Source: Thermodesulfobacteriota bacterium
GTDB taxonomy: Bacteria > Desulfobacterota > DSM-4660 > Desulfatiglandales > HGW-15
Direction of reading: 5' to 3'
Length of the DNA stretch: 64,000 nt
Assembly: GCA_042573485.1 (NCBI GenBank)
Contig: JBHPCX010000004.1
Span: 18,210-82,209 of the forward strand
Below are positions 17,858 to 27,198 of this stretch, one piece after another; positions within the stretch are counted from its first letter, which is position 1, and each line of letters begins with the position of its first letter. A model generated the notes under the pieces. It had not been told where the DNA came from. It did no database searches and worked only from the letters and a program-made list of their open reading frames with translations. The translations under genes were made by a program, and so were the position numbers.

Positions 17858-19305
17858 TTAACGACTTGAAATCAAAATTCATTAATATCATTGAACGAAA
17901 AAAAATACTTGGATTAGTTGTTGAAGAGAAATGCCTGCTGGCAGCTGATATGCAATATGACGGGGAAATATTTCATGTAAAAAGCTCGGCAAGTCTGGTT
18001 CTCCCAGAAAATTCCTCCATCGATAAATCTGAGGAAATTGGGGCGCTGCTTAAACAATTTTTAAAGGAGAATGGTTTCAAATCAAAAAAGGTCGTTATAG
18101 GTATTCCAGCAAAGTGGTTCATGATGAAGGAAAAAACCGTGCCGCCTTCAACAATAGATTCAGTCGCCGGGATGCTTAAGATACAAGCCGAACGGGAATT
18201 TTCAACAGGTGCTGAAGAACTTTTAATTGATTACACCGGTCATGTTAGTCAGGAAAAATCAAGCAGCCTGTTTTTAGGAGCTGTAAGACGTAAGAAATTT
18301 GAAAATGTTCTTGAAATAGCACGAACAGCAGGTTTGAGAGTACTTTCAATTACTCCCGCTTCAATAGCCTTAAGGACAATGATCAAGGGACAAATAAACC
18401 AGATATTTCCATATTATTTCCTGTACATCAGGCCAGGGTTTGCAGAAATGCTTGAAGGAGAAAATGAACAGGTTACAAGCGTAAAACATATTCCAATGGA
18501 TAGCTTGTCCGAGATGGGTCAGTTTGTCTCTGATATTAAACGAATTATTTCACTTCATTCAAACCAGGGAAGAGAAGCAACAAAAAAGACTCTAATGGTC
18601 TGGGATTCATCAAACCTTGATGATCAGGAATTGTCAGAACTTAAAAACTCTCTTTTATCTCATGTTGATATCCCGGAGGGTGACGCCTTAAACATAAACA
18701 GTAAAATGAGATTTTCATCAGGGAAGAATGATGAGTTTTTAATTGCTGAAACACTTGGGCAGGCTTTTATTGAAGGTGGTTCTTATTATCTCGATTTTTG
18801 TAATTCACGCATGGATGTAAAAAACAGCATAGTGAAAAGGAAGCATATAGCATGGGCATCAGCAGTAATACTTGTGTTGATAATCTTCCTGCTAAACATG
18901 GTTTATACCTGGAATAGCGACAAAAAGGATGTGATGGCTCTCAAATCAAGGCTTGAAGAGATGAGTGAGGATATTCGTTCAGCTCAGGATGTTATTGAAA
19001 GAGTGACCCTGGCGAGAGGATGGTATTCAGATCGTCCTGAAATACTCCCTTGTCTTAGGGAGTTAACCCTTGCCTTTCCAGTTGAGGGCAGGGTGTGGGC
19101 AACCAACCTGGCAATAAATGAAAATATGAAAGGCATTGTTTCAGGAAAAGCTGTTGATGAAAAAAGTGTAATAGAGGTCCTTGATAACCTGAAAGATAAT
19201 AATATGTTTTCAAATACCCAGATGATCTATATTCGGGAAAACGGGCAGACTTCTCAGGAGGTCTCCTTTTCCATGAGTTTCTCTTTTAAAGGCAGAGGAT
19301 TATAG
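17854..19305 (+). CDS. gspL: GspL / PilM-PilN-like bitopic assembly protein
   Basis: 483 aa. Has a cytoplasmic actin-like N-terminal domain, a single TM (AWASAVILVLIIFLLNMVY) and a periplasmic C-terminal domain. Overlaps the gspK stop by 4 nt. Confidence 0.65.
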   Translation: MINDLKSKFINIIERKKILGLVVEEKCLLAADMQYDGEIFHVKSSASLVLPENSSIDKSEEIGALLKQFLKENGFKSKKVVIGIPAKWFMMKEKTVPPSTIDSVAGMLKIQAEREFSTGAEELLIDYTGHVSQEKSSSLFLGAVRRKKFENVLEIARTAGLRVLSITPASIALRTMIKGQINQIFPYYFLYIRPGFAEMLEGENEQVTSVKHIPMDSLSEMGQFVSDIKRIISLHSNQGREATKKTLMVWDSSNLDDQELSELKNSLLSHVDIPEGDALNINSKMRFSSGKNDEFLIAETLGQAFIEGGSYYLDFCNSRMDVKNSIVKRKHIAWASAVILVLIIFLLNMVYTWNSDKKDVMALKSRLEEMSEDIRSAQDVIERVTLARGWYSDRPEILPCLRELTLAFPVEGRVWATNLAINENMKGIVSGKAVDEKSVIEVLDNLKDNNMFSNTQMIYIRENGQTSQEVSFSMSFSFKGRGL

Positions 19306-19307
19306 AA

Positions 19308-19892
19308 ATGGTAATTTCAAAGCGGGAGCGTCTTTTCCTGATTGTGACATTGTCTGTCATCCTTGTATTTCTCCTTGACCGGTACGCATTGACACCCTTC
19401 ATGGAAATAAATGAACGTATACAGGTAGAAAAACAGGGTTTAGTGACCGAAATACAACAGGCTTCCAGGGTATTCAAACAAAGAAAGCGTATCAGAAATC
19501 AATGGCAGGAAATGGTAAAGGGAGGTTTGGGCAGTGACGCTTCAAATACTGAAAGTAAAGTACTGCATGTGATACGCGAATGGTCATCCGGTTACGGTCT
19601 TACGATTTCTTCAATAAAGCCTGACCGTAATGGAGGAGAAGGTGAAATCCTGAAAGAGATAATTTTTAATATTGCCTGCAAGGGAACTATGGATGCCATC
19701 AGCCGATTTCTTATAGCGCTTGAAAACAGCAGTCTCCCTGTGAGGATTACTGAGTTCCAGCTGGGTTCCCGTGAGACAGATGGTATGGATATGTCGCTTC
19801 AGTTAAGGTTGTCGGCTGTTTATCTTGCGGAGGGTGTAAACACGGATACCAGGGATAATAGTGAAGTCCCTGATGAGGAGGTGAAGATATGA
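19308..19892 (+). CDS. gspM: GspM / PilO-like bitopic protein
   Basis: 194 aa with an N-terminal TM (LFLIVTLSVILVFLL) and a periplasmic alpha/beta domain. Assignment rests on its position after gspL. Confidence 0.55.
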   Translation: MVISKRERLFLIVTLSVILVFLLDRYALTPFMEINERIQVEKQGLVTEIQQASRVFKQRKRIRNQWQEMVKGGLGSDASNTESKVLHVIREWSSGYGLTISSIKPDRNGGEGEILKEIIFNIACKGTMDAISRFLIALENSSLPVRITEFQLGSRETDGMDMSLQLRLSAVYLAEGVNTDTRDNSEVPDEEVKI

Positions 19893-20488
19893 ACCCCCGA
19901 TCATCAATTATAACAGTCTTCACTCTGTTCATGTTATTCTCCTCGGCAGCTGTCTCTGGTGATGAGAGTATAAGGGAGGCGGCTTCATGGGCGAATTACA
20001 GGGTTTTATCCGAGCGTAATATATTTTCAAGAAACCGGGTGAAAATAAATCGCTCCCAATTTATCGAACCCGTGAATATACAGAGAGAGCCGGAACGGGA
20101 AGAGGGGTATTTAATTCTCAGGGGAGTAACAAAGCAGAGTGACCGGTTTATTGCATTTATAGAAGACAGCAGGACAATGGAAATGAAAAAGGTCTTTAGG
20201 GATGGAATGATAGGTAAAGGTAAAGTCAGGGACATAACACTTGATTATATTACCTATGAGCTTGAAGGCAAATCCGCAAGAGTAAATATAGGCATGACAA
20301 TGGGCGGAGACGTCGCGCAAAAAAGTTTGGATTATGCAGGTGGTTTTGAGTCACCAAAACAGCAGGAAGTTTTCACTTTTCCATCGACAGGTCAGGCAGG
20401 TAAATCAGAAGTTAAACCATCGGCTGAAAATGTAAAGGATATTCTACAACGTCTGAAAGAAAGACGAAAAAAGGAGCTTGGGGAATGA
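19889..20488 (+). CDS. Periplasmic GspC-HR/PilP-like secretin-interacting protein (no PDZ domain)
   Basis: Has a signal/anchor sequence. A beta-rich core, YLILRGVTKQSDRFIAFIEDSRTMEMKKVFRDGMIGKGKVRDITLDYITYELEGKSARV, resembles the PilP/GspC HR fold pattern. Lies directly upstream of, and overlapping, the secretin gene. Confidence 0.5.
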   Translation: MNPRSSIITVFTLFMLFSSAAVSGDESIREAASWANYRVLSERNIFSRNRVKINRSQFIEPVNIQREPEREEGYLILRGVTKQSDRFIAFIEDSRTMEMKKVFRDGMIGKGKVRDITLDYITYELEGKSARVNIGMTMGGDVAQKSLDYAGGFESPKQQEVFTFPSTGQAGKSEVKPSAENVKDILQRLKERRKKELGE

Positions 20489-22587
20489 GCTTAAAAACTA
20501 ATAATAAAAGAGGTGCAGGTTACGGATTGTTATTGTTTGGAAAAGCTGCTGTGCGGTTATTTGTTGCTGTTCTGCTTACATTAACAATATATATTGGCTT
20601 TGATAACAGTTCATTCGCCCAGGGAAAAGGTGGGAAGATACTGTTAAATTTCAAGGATGCACCAGTTGAAACTGTCCTGGGATATCTATCTGAAACAGCC
20701 GGTATTGTGGTGGTATATGAATATGAATTAAGGGACAGGATAAGCGTTATAAGCAAACAGCCTCTTAATACTGAGGAAGCGATATCCCTTCTCAATACCA
20801 TATTAAAAGAAAAAGGTTATACAACCATATTAACTGGAAAAACGCTTAAGGTCGTTCTTTTATCTGAAGCAAAAAAGATGAACATCCCGGTTAGATCTGG
20901 AAATGACCCGTCTAAGATAATTCCCGGAGACGATGTTGTTACCTATATCATACCGGTAAAGTATGCTGATGCTGCCAGCCTGAAGGAAACCCTTGCGACA
21001 TTGATTTCAGATACTGCTGATTTTATGGCAAACAGTGATACGAATACTCTGATCATCACGGATACAACTGCAAATATAAAACGCCTTGTAGAAATCATTC
21101 AAACTATTGATACCCAGGTAGCTACTGTTGCGGTAGTAAGAGTGTTCCACCTTGAATATGCAGAAGCTGAAAGCACTGCCGAACTGATTAATGAAATATT
21201 TGAAGAGCAGAACCAGTCAAATAGATCTACCGGCGCTTCCGGGAGTATACAAAGCATTATTCAGATGAGGGGGAGGCCGCCATTTATGGAAGGAGATCAG
21301 TCATCCTCGTCCGGTGGAAGAGTGATAGCTGCTAATATATCAGCAAAGGCAGATGAGCGTACAAACAGTGTAGTGGTAAGTGCTCCCCAGGAGAGCATGG
21401 ACGTAATAGAAAGATTGATAGCAGATCTTGATTCCGATTCTTCTGAAGGTCAGTCTGTTTTTGTCTATCCTCTTAAGAATGCAAGGGCCGATAATCTCCA
21501 GGAGGTTCTTACTAACCTGTTCAATGAGATGGACTCCACGTCTTCCGGAACCGCAGGTGCAGCTGGTCAACGTACTCCGGGGCAGGGCGGAACCTCCAGG
21601 TTGCCTGCTTTGCTTGGTTTGACTCAGGGTGCCTCCGGCTCAACGGCAGGTGATCTTGTGGGAAAGGTGGAGATTGAAGCGGACGAGGATACAAACTCAT
21701 TAATTATTATGACTACACCCGCAAATTACGAAAAGGTTAAAAGAGTATTGAATGAACTGGATAAACCTGTACCCCAGGTCCTGATTAAAGTACTGCTTGC
21801 TGAAGTAACCCATGACGGTTCCGTGGACTGGGGAGCGGAATTCTCATTTATTGATACACTTGATGATGCAGATGTTACAGTTTCGACTGATGATTTCGGT
21901 GTAGGCAGCCTGACGAGCGGATATGTGGCTATCTTCGACAGGATAACGGATGAAACGATTAATTTTAAACTAAGGGCCCTTGAACAGGAGGGTAAACTGA
22001 ACATTCTGTCAAGGCCCTATATACTGGCCAGCAACAACCAGACCGCAACCATAACCGTGGGAAATGAAGTGCCGTTTATCCGGGATACAAGAACCACCGA
22101 AACCGGTCAGACAATAAACACCATCGAGTACGAGGACATAGGGATAATCCTGGAAGTGACACCATATATAAATGAAGAAGGTCTTGTCATTATGGACCTC
22201 AGCCAGGAGATATCAGCGATAAGCGGAGAGTCTGTACCAATATCAGAGTCGGTTGATGCCTCTGTCTTTGCAAAACGGTCTTCAGAGAACAGGATCATTG
22301 CAAGGAACGGGCAGACAGTTGTCATTGGAGGGTTAATGGAAGACCGTCTGACAAAAACCGTGAGTAAGGTGCCGCTTCTGGGGGACATTCCTCTTCTGGG
22401 GCTCTTATTCAGGGGGATAAAAGAGGATACCTCCAAGACAGAGCTTCTTATTTTTCTGACACCCACAGTTGCCGCCACGGACGAGGATTTAATTAGGATC
22501 TCCCAAGAAAAGAAAGAGGAGAATAGATTAATACAGGAAACCTTTGATCAGGCGGATTTAGGAAATAATCTGGGAAATGCTGACTAA
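20485..22587 (+). CDS. gspD: Secretin GspD
   Basis: N0/N1-type domains are present (LNFKDAPVETVLGYLSE..., NTLIITDTTANIKRLVEIIQ, NSVVVSAPQESMDVIERLI, NSLIIMTTPANYEKVKRVL). The secretin core reads ILSRPYILASNNQTATITVGNEVPFI...VPLLGDIPLLGLLF. Confidence 0.9.
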   Translation: MSLKTNNKRGAGYGLLLFGKAAVRLFVAVLLTLTIYIGFDNSSFAQGKGGKILLNFKDAPVETVLGYLSETAGIVVVYEYELRDRISVISKQPLNTEEAISLLNTILKEKGYTTILTGKTLKVVLLSEAKKMNIPVRSGNDPSKIIPGDDVVTYIIPVKYADAASLKETLATLISDTADFMANSDTNTLIITDTTANIKRLVEIIQTIDTQVATVAVVRVFHLEYAEAESTAELINEIFEEQNQSNRSTGASGSIQSIIQMRGRPPFMEGDQSSSSGGRVIAANISAKADERTNSVVVSAPQESMDVIERLIADLDSDSSEGQSVFVYPLKNARADNLQEVLTNLFNEMDSTSSGTAGAAGQRTPGQGGTSRLPALLGLTQGASGSTAGDLVGKVEIEADEDTNSLIIMTTPANYEKVKRVLNELDKPVPQVLIKVLLAEVTHDGSVDWGAEFSFIDTLDDADVTVSTDDFGVGSLTSGYVAIFDRITDETINFKLRALEQEGKLNILSRPYILASNNQTATITVGNEVPFIRDTRTTETGQTINTIEYEDIGIILEVTPYINEEGLVIMDLSQEISAISGESVPISESVDASVFAKRSSENRIIARNGQTVVIGGLMEDRLTKTVSKVPLLGDIPLLGLLFRGIKEDTSKTELLIFLTPTVAATDEDLIRISQEKKEENRLIQETFDQADLGNNLGNAD

Positions 22588-22626
22588 CGCAATGATTTTC
22601 AAGTTATATTTTAGCAGCAATAACAG

Positions 22627-23340
22627 CTAAATTTTACCTTCCTCTACAAGAGTATCTATATAGACTTTATAAAATTTTTCATATTCCGATATTCCCCGTT
22701 TCAGCAAACCGGATAGTTTTTCCAGGTCCTTAGTGTTTACTATCATGTTTGCACTGAGGGCATAGGCCATCATATCATCCATTGTTTTATGCTTATCACC
22801 TATCAGGACAAGAAACATTCTGCGGCGGGTGGACATGCCAAGGTGATTCAGATAGTTCATTACAGGTCCTCCGACGATCTCCTGTCCGTCAAATCCGTCT
22901 CCCAGTATTATCAGATCAAAATGATGGAATCTCATTTTTGAGAGGGCGTCTCTTGTATTAGGTGTCTCTATAGATTTATAGCCGTATTCCTCAACAGCGG
23001 ATTTGACCTTGTCACCAAGGCTTTCATCAACCATTATCAACGCCAGTTTTGCATCATCATCATAATAATCAAGTGATTCATCAGAACTGAAGTCTTCGTA
23101 ATCGGATGATTTTTGGCCTTCAGCTTCCTTTTTTTGTGATTCAATGAACTTTAAATGAAGTTTGCCGGTTTCATCAAAATTTTCTTCCTGGGAAGGGGAA
23201 GCGCCTCCAGTTTTGCCGGACGGTTCAATGCTTATTTTATTCTTACATTTAGGGCAGTTTATCCTTACCATTTGATCCTTGGGTATTTTTTCGTCAGGGA
23301 CATTTAATTTTGTATTACAGCTAGGGCAGATTATTTCCAT
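22627..23340 (-). CDS. MJ0042-type zinc-ribbon protein with a C-terminal receiver-like (CheY-fold) domain
   Basis: The N-terminus MEIICPSCNTKLNVPDEKIPKDQMVRINCPKCKNKISI has two CxxC pairs. An acidic linker follows. The C-terminal LALIMVDES...FDLIILGDGFDG...FLVLIGD...NTKD resembles a receiver, but the acceptor position is ambiguous. It is the last gene of the pilT operon. Confidence 0.65.
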   Translation of the reverse strand: MEIICPSCNTKLNVPDEKIPKDQMVRINCPKCKNKISIEPSGKTGGASPSQEENFDETGKLHLKFIESQKKEAEGQKSSDYEDFSSDESLDYYDDDAKLALIMVDESLGDKVKSAVEEYGYKSIETPNTRDALSKMRFHHFDLIILGDGFDGQEIVGGPVMNYLNHLGMSTRRRMFLVLIGDKHKTMDDMMAYALSANMIVNTKDLEKLSGLLKRGISEYEKFYKVYIDTLVEEGKI

Positions 23341-23363
23341 TTCGTCCTCCTGAAACCTTTTTA

Positions 23364-24533
23364 TTAATCATCACTTGCACCATAGGAATCATCTATGGCA
23401 AGTTCTTCTATATCTGTTGTCTTTTCACCTCTTTCGGATTTAACCGAATCGATCATTCTTCCTACTACACCCTTTCTTGAAGAATAACTCACTGCCGTAT
23501 CTTCAGATATTTTTCCCGCTTTATAATGATCAACAATGCACTGGTCAAATGTCATCATACCAAAAGGGCGGCTGCCCTCGATAATTTCATAATATGTCTT
23601 TCCTTCGGATTCTCCGTTAACGATAGTGTCTTTTACCCTAAGGTTTGATCCCATTATTTCATGAGCGGCCTGTCGGCCTCCTCCTTCTTTTGGCAGCAGC
23701 CTCTGGCAGACAATCCAGCGTACAGTTTCTGCCAGGCGCATTCTTATCTGATTTTCTTCTTCCTGTTCAAACATGCCCACTATCCTGTTAATTGTCTGAC
23801 CGGCGTCAACAGTATGGAGAGTACTAACAACCAGATGGCCTGTTTCAGCGGCAGACAGGCCGATTTCAACAGTTTCCCTGTCCCTCATCTCTCCAACCAG
23901 AATGACTTTCGGTGCCTGCCTCAGGGCCGCTCGGAGTCCGGAAGCAAAACTGTCAAAGTCCTGTCCCATTTCCCTCTGGTTAAATGTGGCCGTTTTTTGT
24001 GAATGAACAAATTCCACGGGATCTTCCAGAGTAACAACATGGACAGATTGTGATTCATTGATCTCATTAAGAACTGCCGCGAGGGATGTTGATTTACCAC
24101 TTCCGGTAGACCCTGTGACAAGGATTATTCCATTTCTTTCCTGGGTCATTTTTTTAAAGGCCTCCGGCAGGTTCAGTTCATCAATTGTGGGTATTCTTGT
24201 GGCCAGCTGTCTCATAACAATAGAATAGTAGCCCTTCTGTGAAAATATATTTACCCTGAACCTGGCCTTTCCCGCCAGCTGATATGATGAGTCACAGGAT
24301 CCCTCTCTTACCAGTGTTGTGGTCAGCCGTCTGTCTGAATTTACGAGGTTAAGAGCAAACATCTCTGCCTGGAAAGGTGTCATTGTCTCAATAGATGGCT
24401 CTAAATTGACTGGTTTTAGTTGGCCCGAGGCTTCTACCTGAAAGGGTTTGTCCACTGTCATAAGTAGATCTGATACACCGTCATGGGACTCAAGCATTGC
24501 TGTTAGTATGCTGTCAACCTGCTGTTTTTTCAT
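23364..24533 (-). CDS. PilT/PilU-family type IV pilus retraction ATPase (long form, acidic C-terminal tail)
   Basis: Has Walker A GSTGSGKST, EDPVEFVH and TGHLVVSTLHT. It lacks the T2SSE_N domain. 389 aa. Confidence 0.8.
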   Translation of the reverse strand: MKKQQVDSILTAMLESHDGVSDLLMTVDKPFQVEASGQLKPVNLEPSIETMTPFQAEMFALNLVNSDRRLTTTLVREGSCDSSYQLAGKARFRVNIFSQKGYYSIVMRQLATRIPTIDELNLPEAFKKMTQERNGIILVTGSTGSGKSTSLAAVLNEINESQSVHVVTLEDPVEFVHSQKTATFNQREMGQDFDSFASGLRAALRQAPKVILVGEMRDRETVEIGLSAAETGHLVVSTLHTVDAGQTINRIVGMFEQEEENQIRMRLAETVRWIVCQRLLPKEGGGRQAAHEIMGSNLRVKDTIVNGESEGKTYYEIIEGSRPFGMMTFDQCIVDHYKAGKISEDTAVSYSSRKGVVGRMIDSVKSERGEKTTDIEELAIDDSYGASDD

Positions 24534-24587
24534 TGTTTGACCTCCCTCTTACTTGTCTTAAAGAAAAATAAGTAAAATATTATCTCT

Positions 24588-25670
24588 TTATGCATCAGTA
24601 AAATCAACTGGCGGATTTTTCAGGAATGGTCTGAACGCTTCTTTATTGTTACACTTGGCATATGCATCATCAGGACTGATCCGTTTAGCATTGAGGTGTT
24701 CCATAATAGAGTCATCAAGAGTCTGCATTCCATATTTTTTCCCGGTCTGCATGGCTGATGGTATCTGAAACGTCTTTGCCTCTCTTATAAGGTTTCGGAT
24801 AGCAGGTATGGCGATCATTATTTCAAGAGCGGCGACCCTGCCTTTTTTATCAATACGTTTAAAGAGATTCTGGGCTATAACAGCTCTTAAACCGTCCGAA
24901 AGGGTGTTCCTTATCTGTTCCTGCTGGTTGGCCGGGAATACTTCAATAACGCGGTCAACAGTTTTGGCCGCGCTGCTTGTATGGAGAGTTCCGAATACAA
25001 GGTGGCCGGTAGCAGCAGCCTCAATGGCAAGGCTGATTGTTTCAAGGTCCCGCATTTCACCAACAAGAATAATGTCAGGATCTTCCCTCAGGGCACCTTT
25101 TAGCGCGGCTGAAAAAGACCTTGTATGAAGACCTACTTCTCTATGGTTAACCACCGCTTCCTGACTCTTGTGGACAAATTCAATCGGGTCCTCAACTGTA
25201 AGGATATGGTCTTTGCGGGTCCTGTTTGCCTCATCAACTATGGCCGCAAGTGTGGTTGATTTTCCGCTTCCTGTTGGACCTGTTACAAGGACAAGTCCTC
25301 TGGGTAGAGAGGCCAGTCTTTTAACAACAGGCGGCAGCCCCAGTTGATCACAGGTGAGTATGTCAGAGGGAATTTCCCTGAAAATACCTGCAATGCCGTA
25401 TTTTTGCTCAAAAAAGTTGGCCCTGTACCTGGCAAGCCCGGGAATTTCATAGGCGAAGTCAACATCCCCTGTCTCTTCAAACAGTTTTACCTTGTCTTCA
25501 GGAGCAATCTCGTAAAGCATTTCTTTGAGAGGATCATTTTCCAGCTCTTTATACTTTATTCTCGTCAACTCCCCTGAAATTCGTATGACCGGCTGCTGAC
25601 CCGTAACAAGGTGAAGGTCTGAGGCCCCCTGCTCATTCATAAGCTTAAAAAATGCATCTATCTGTGCCAT
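24588..25670 (-). CDS. pilT: Twitching motility ATPase PilT
   Basis: 360 aa. The N-terminus is GASDLHLVTGQQPVIRISGEL, with Walker A GPTGSGKST, EDPIEFVH and TGHLVFGTLHTSSAAKTVDRVIEVFP. Confidence 0.85.
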   Translation of the reverse strand: MAQIDAFFKLMNEQGASDLHLVTGQQPVIRISGELTRIKYKELENDPLKEMLYEIAPEDKVKLFEETGDVDFAYEIPGLARYRANFFEQKYGIAGIFREIPSDILTCDQLGLPPVVKRLASLPRGLVLVTGPTGSGKSTTLAAIVDEANRTRKDHILTVEDPIEFVHKSQEAVVNHREVGLHTRSFSAALKGALREDPDIILVGEMRDLETISLAIEAAATGHLVFGTLHTSSAAKTVDRVIEVFPANQQEQIRNTLSDGLRAVIAQNLFKRIDKKGRVAALEIMIAIPAIRNLIREAKTFQIPSAMQTGKKYGMQTLDDSIMEHLNAKRISPDDAYAKCNNKEAFRPFLKNPPVDFTDA

Positions 25671-25960
25671 AGTTTAATTCCTCCCATGGAATATGTTGCC
25701 CTTTATTATAATAAAAAAGGGATCAATTAAAAACATACGAATGGAAAAAAGATGTGTGATATTAGCCCCCTTTATGGAAAATATGTAACCGGGGATTTAC
25801 GCAATCAGTTATGGATATAAATTTGCCTATTATAAGCAAAACTGACCCTTTCATTCAACTACAAACAACATATAAAAAGGATATCAGTATAAATTTTAAA
25901 AAGAATAATTATTTGCTGGAAAGACAGGATTAAACAATTTACTGCCCGCGGCTGCATATC

Positions 25961-26443
25961 TCATTCAATTTCTTTCATCATTACGAAGGCATCCTGGCCT
26001 TTTGGATAAAATTCTTTTTTAGTCTGCCATACCCTGAAGCCTGAACTGCTGAAGAGTTTTAGGGCGTATTTATTTTCAGTGGCAGTATGTAAAAATATCA
26101 TTTTTGTCCCTGTCTCATATGCCAATTCATCGATTCTTTTTGTAAGATTTGAACCAATACCGAGTCTACTATATTCAGAAACCACAGCAATAGCAAGCAA
26201 TTCAGCGGAATTATTGGGATCATATCTATCGATTGGCTTGCTCAGCATGGCAAAGCCAGCAGGTATTTCTTTATATGTGGCAATTAAAGTCCTGCTGTAT
26301 TCTGATTCAAACCATTTCAAAACTACTTCTTCATAATCTCCGAAAGTGCTGAATGCTTTTTTGCTAAGATTACTCAAAAATAATTTATCAGAGTTACTTG
26401 CAGCACTTCGTATTTTTATTTGGGCATTATTGATTTTTATCAT
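25961..26443 (-). CDS. GNAT-family N-acetyltransferase
   Basis: The acetyl-CoA motif is LAIAVVSEYSRLGIGSNLTKRI (R/QxxGxG/A). Size about 160 aa. The internal ATG at 26443 is preferred over the track start at 26473. Confidence 0.75.
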   Translation of the reverse strand: MIKINNAQIKIRSAASNSDKLFLSNLSKKAFSTFGDYEEVVLKWFESEYSRTLIATYKEIPAGFAMLSKPIDRYDPNNSAELLAIAVVSEYSRLGIGSNLTKRIDELAYETGTKMIFLHTATENKYALKLFSSSGFRVWQTKKEFYPKGQDAFVMMKEIE

Positions 26444-26611
26444 TATATTAACAGTTATTTTGAAGCATATCATGCTTCAAAAAGGCTAATTTATCAAGAG
26501 ATAAGGCAGGCTTATTTTATATAAATTTCAGCCCGGCTCGTTGTATATTATAAATTAAGTATTTAAATGAAAATGGTGATATGAAATAATAATTTTTAAA
26601 TTATCAAATTC

Positions 26612-26971
26612 ATGGATCTAGCCATGGGATATTATGGAAAGACACCAATTCCCGTTAACCCGGATATCATAAAGGTAGCATCAAAAAGGAACAAGAATCG
26701 CAGACAAGATGGCATGATTGAAGATTGGGTTGCCAATCATCTTGAACCGGAATTAGAGAAGGCAAAAGAGAAAATAGTCGATCTGGCAAAGGATAATTTT
26801 GACCTCTTAATCTATACCCTATATCCCACAACAGGTTAGAAATATCTGAAGTGGCAATATGGTCTCGAAGAAAACCCTGATAATGTCAAGCCTGAAACAC
26901 TTGATGATATAAGAAAAGAAGACGAAGCAATGGCCGCTGTCATAGAGCAGGTATGTAAAGTATCGTTTTAA
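26612..26971 (+). pseudogene. Remnant of a pyruvate carboxylase subunit B / oxaloacetate decarboxylase alpha gene (only the 'carboxylase conserved domain' region), interrupted by an in-frame TAG at 26837
   Basis: GYYGKTPIPVNPDIIKVASKR...DLLIYTLYPTTG*KYLKWQYGLE matches the conserved region that follows the carboxyltransferase barrel in PycB/OadA. The upstream sequence is AT-rich and non-coding, no biotinyl (AMKM) domain follows, and the reading frame continues for 43 codons past the TAG. Confidence 0.6.
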
Positions 26972-27091
26972 AAATAATAATAGAAAAAATGAGAATAAGT
27001 TGAATAAGTAACGTTCGTTTAAGGTGGTATTAATGCTTTTTATTTACTTTAAAGTTTTATGATTAACACTACGGATAAAACATTGCAATGG

Positions 27092-27127
27092 TTCCCCATT
27101 CATGAATGGGGAATTACATCTTTTTCA
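27092..27127. terminator. Perfect 22-bp palindrome ttccccattca|tgaatggggaa followed by a T-rich tract; candidate bidirectional terminator between the remnant and pckA
   Basis: The palindrome was read directly. ttacatcttttt follows on the + strand. It lies about 90 nt downstream of the pckA stop on the - strand. Confidence 0.55.
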
Positions 27128-27198
27128 TTCTCAATAAAAGAGGCCAGAGCAGACTCGCCCATCATCAATAACATCATCTTCATGTTTACTGATTACTG

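Noticed and set aside
26837-26839. In-frame TAG in the PycB/OadA-like fragment, considered as a possible pyrrolysine or read-through codon.
   Set aside because: The surrounding fragment lacks both the catalytic and the biotinyl domains, so the simplest reading is gene decay. No pyl genes or PYLIS-like context are visible in this window.
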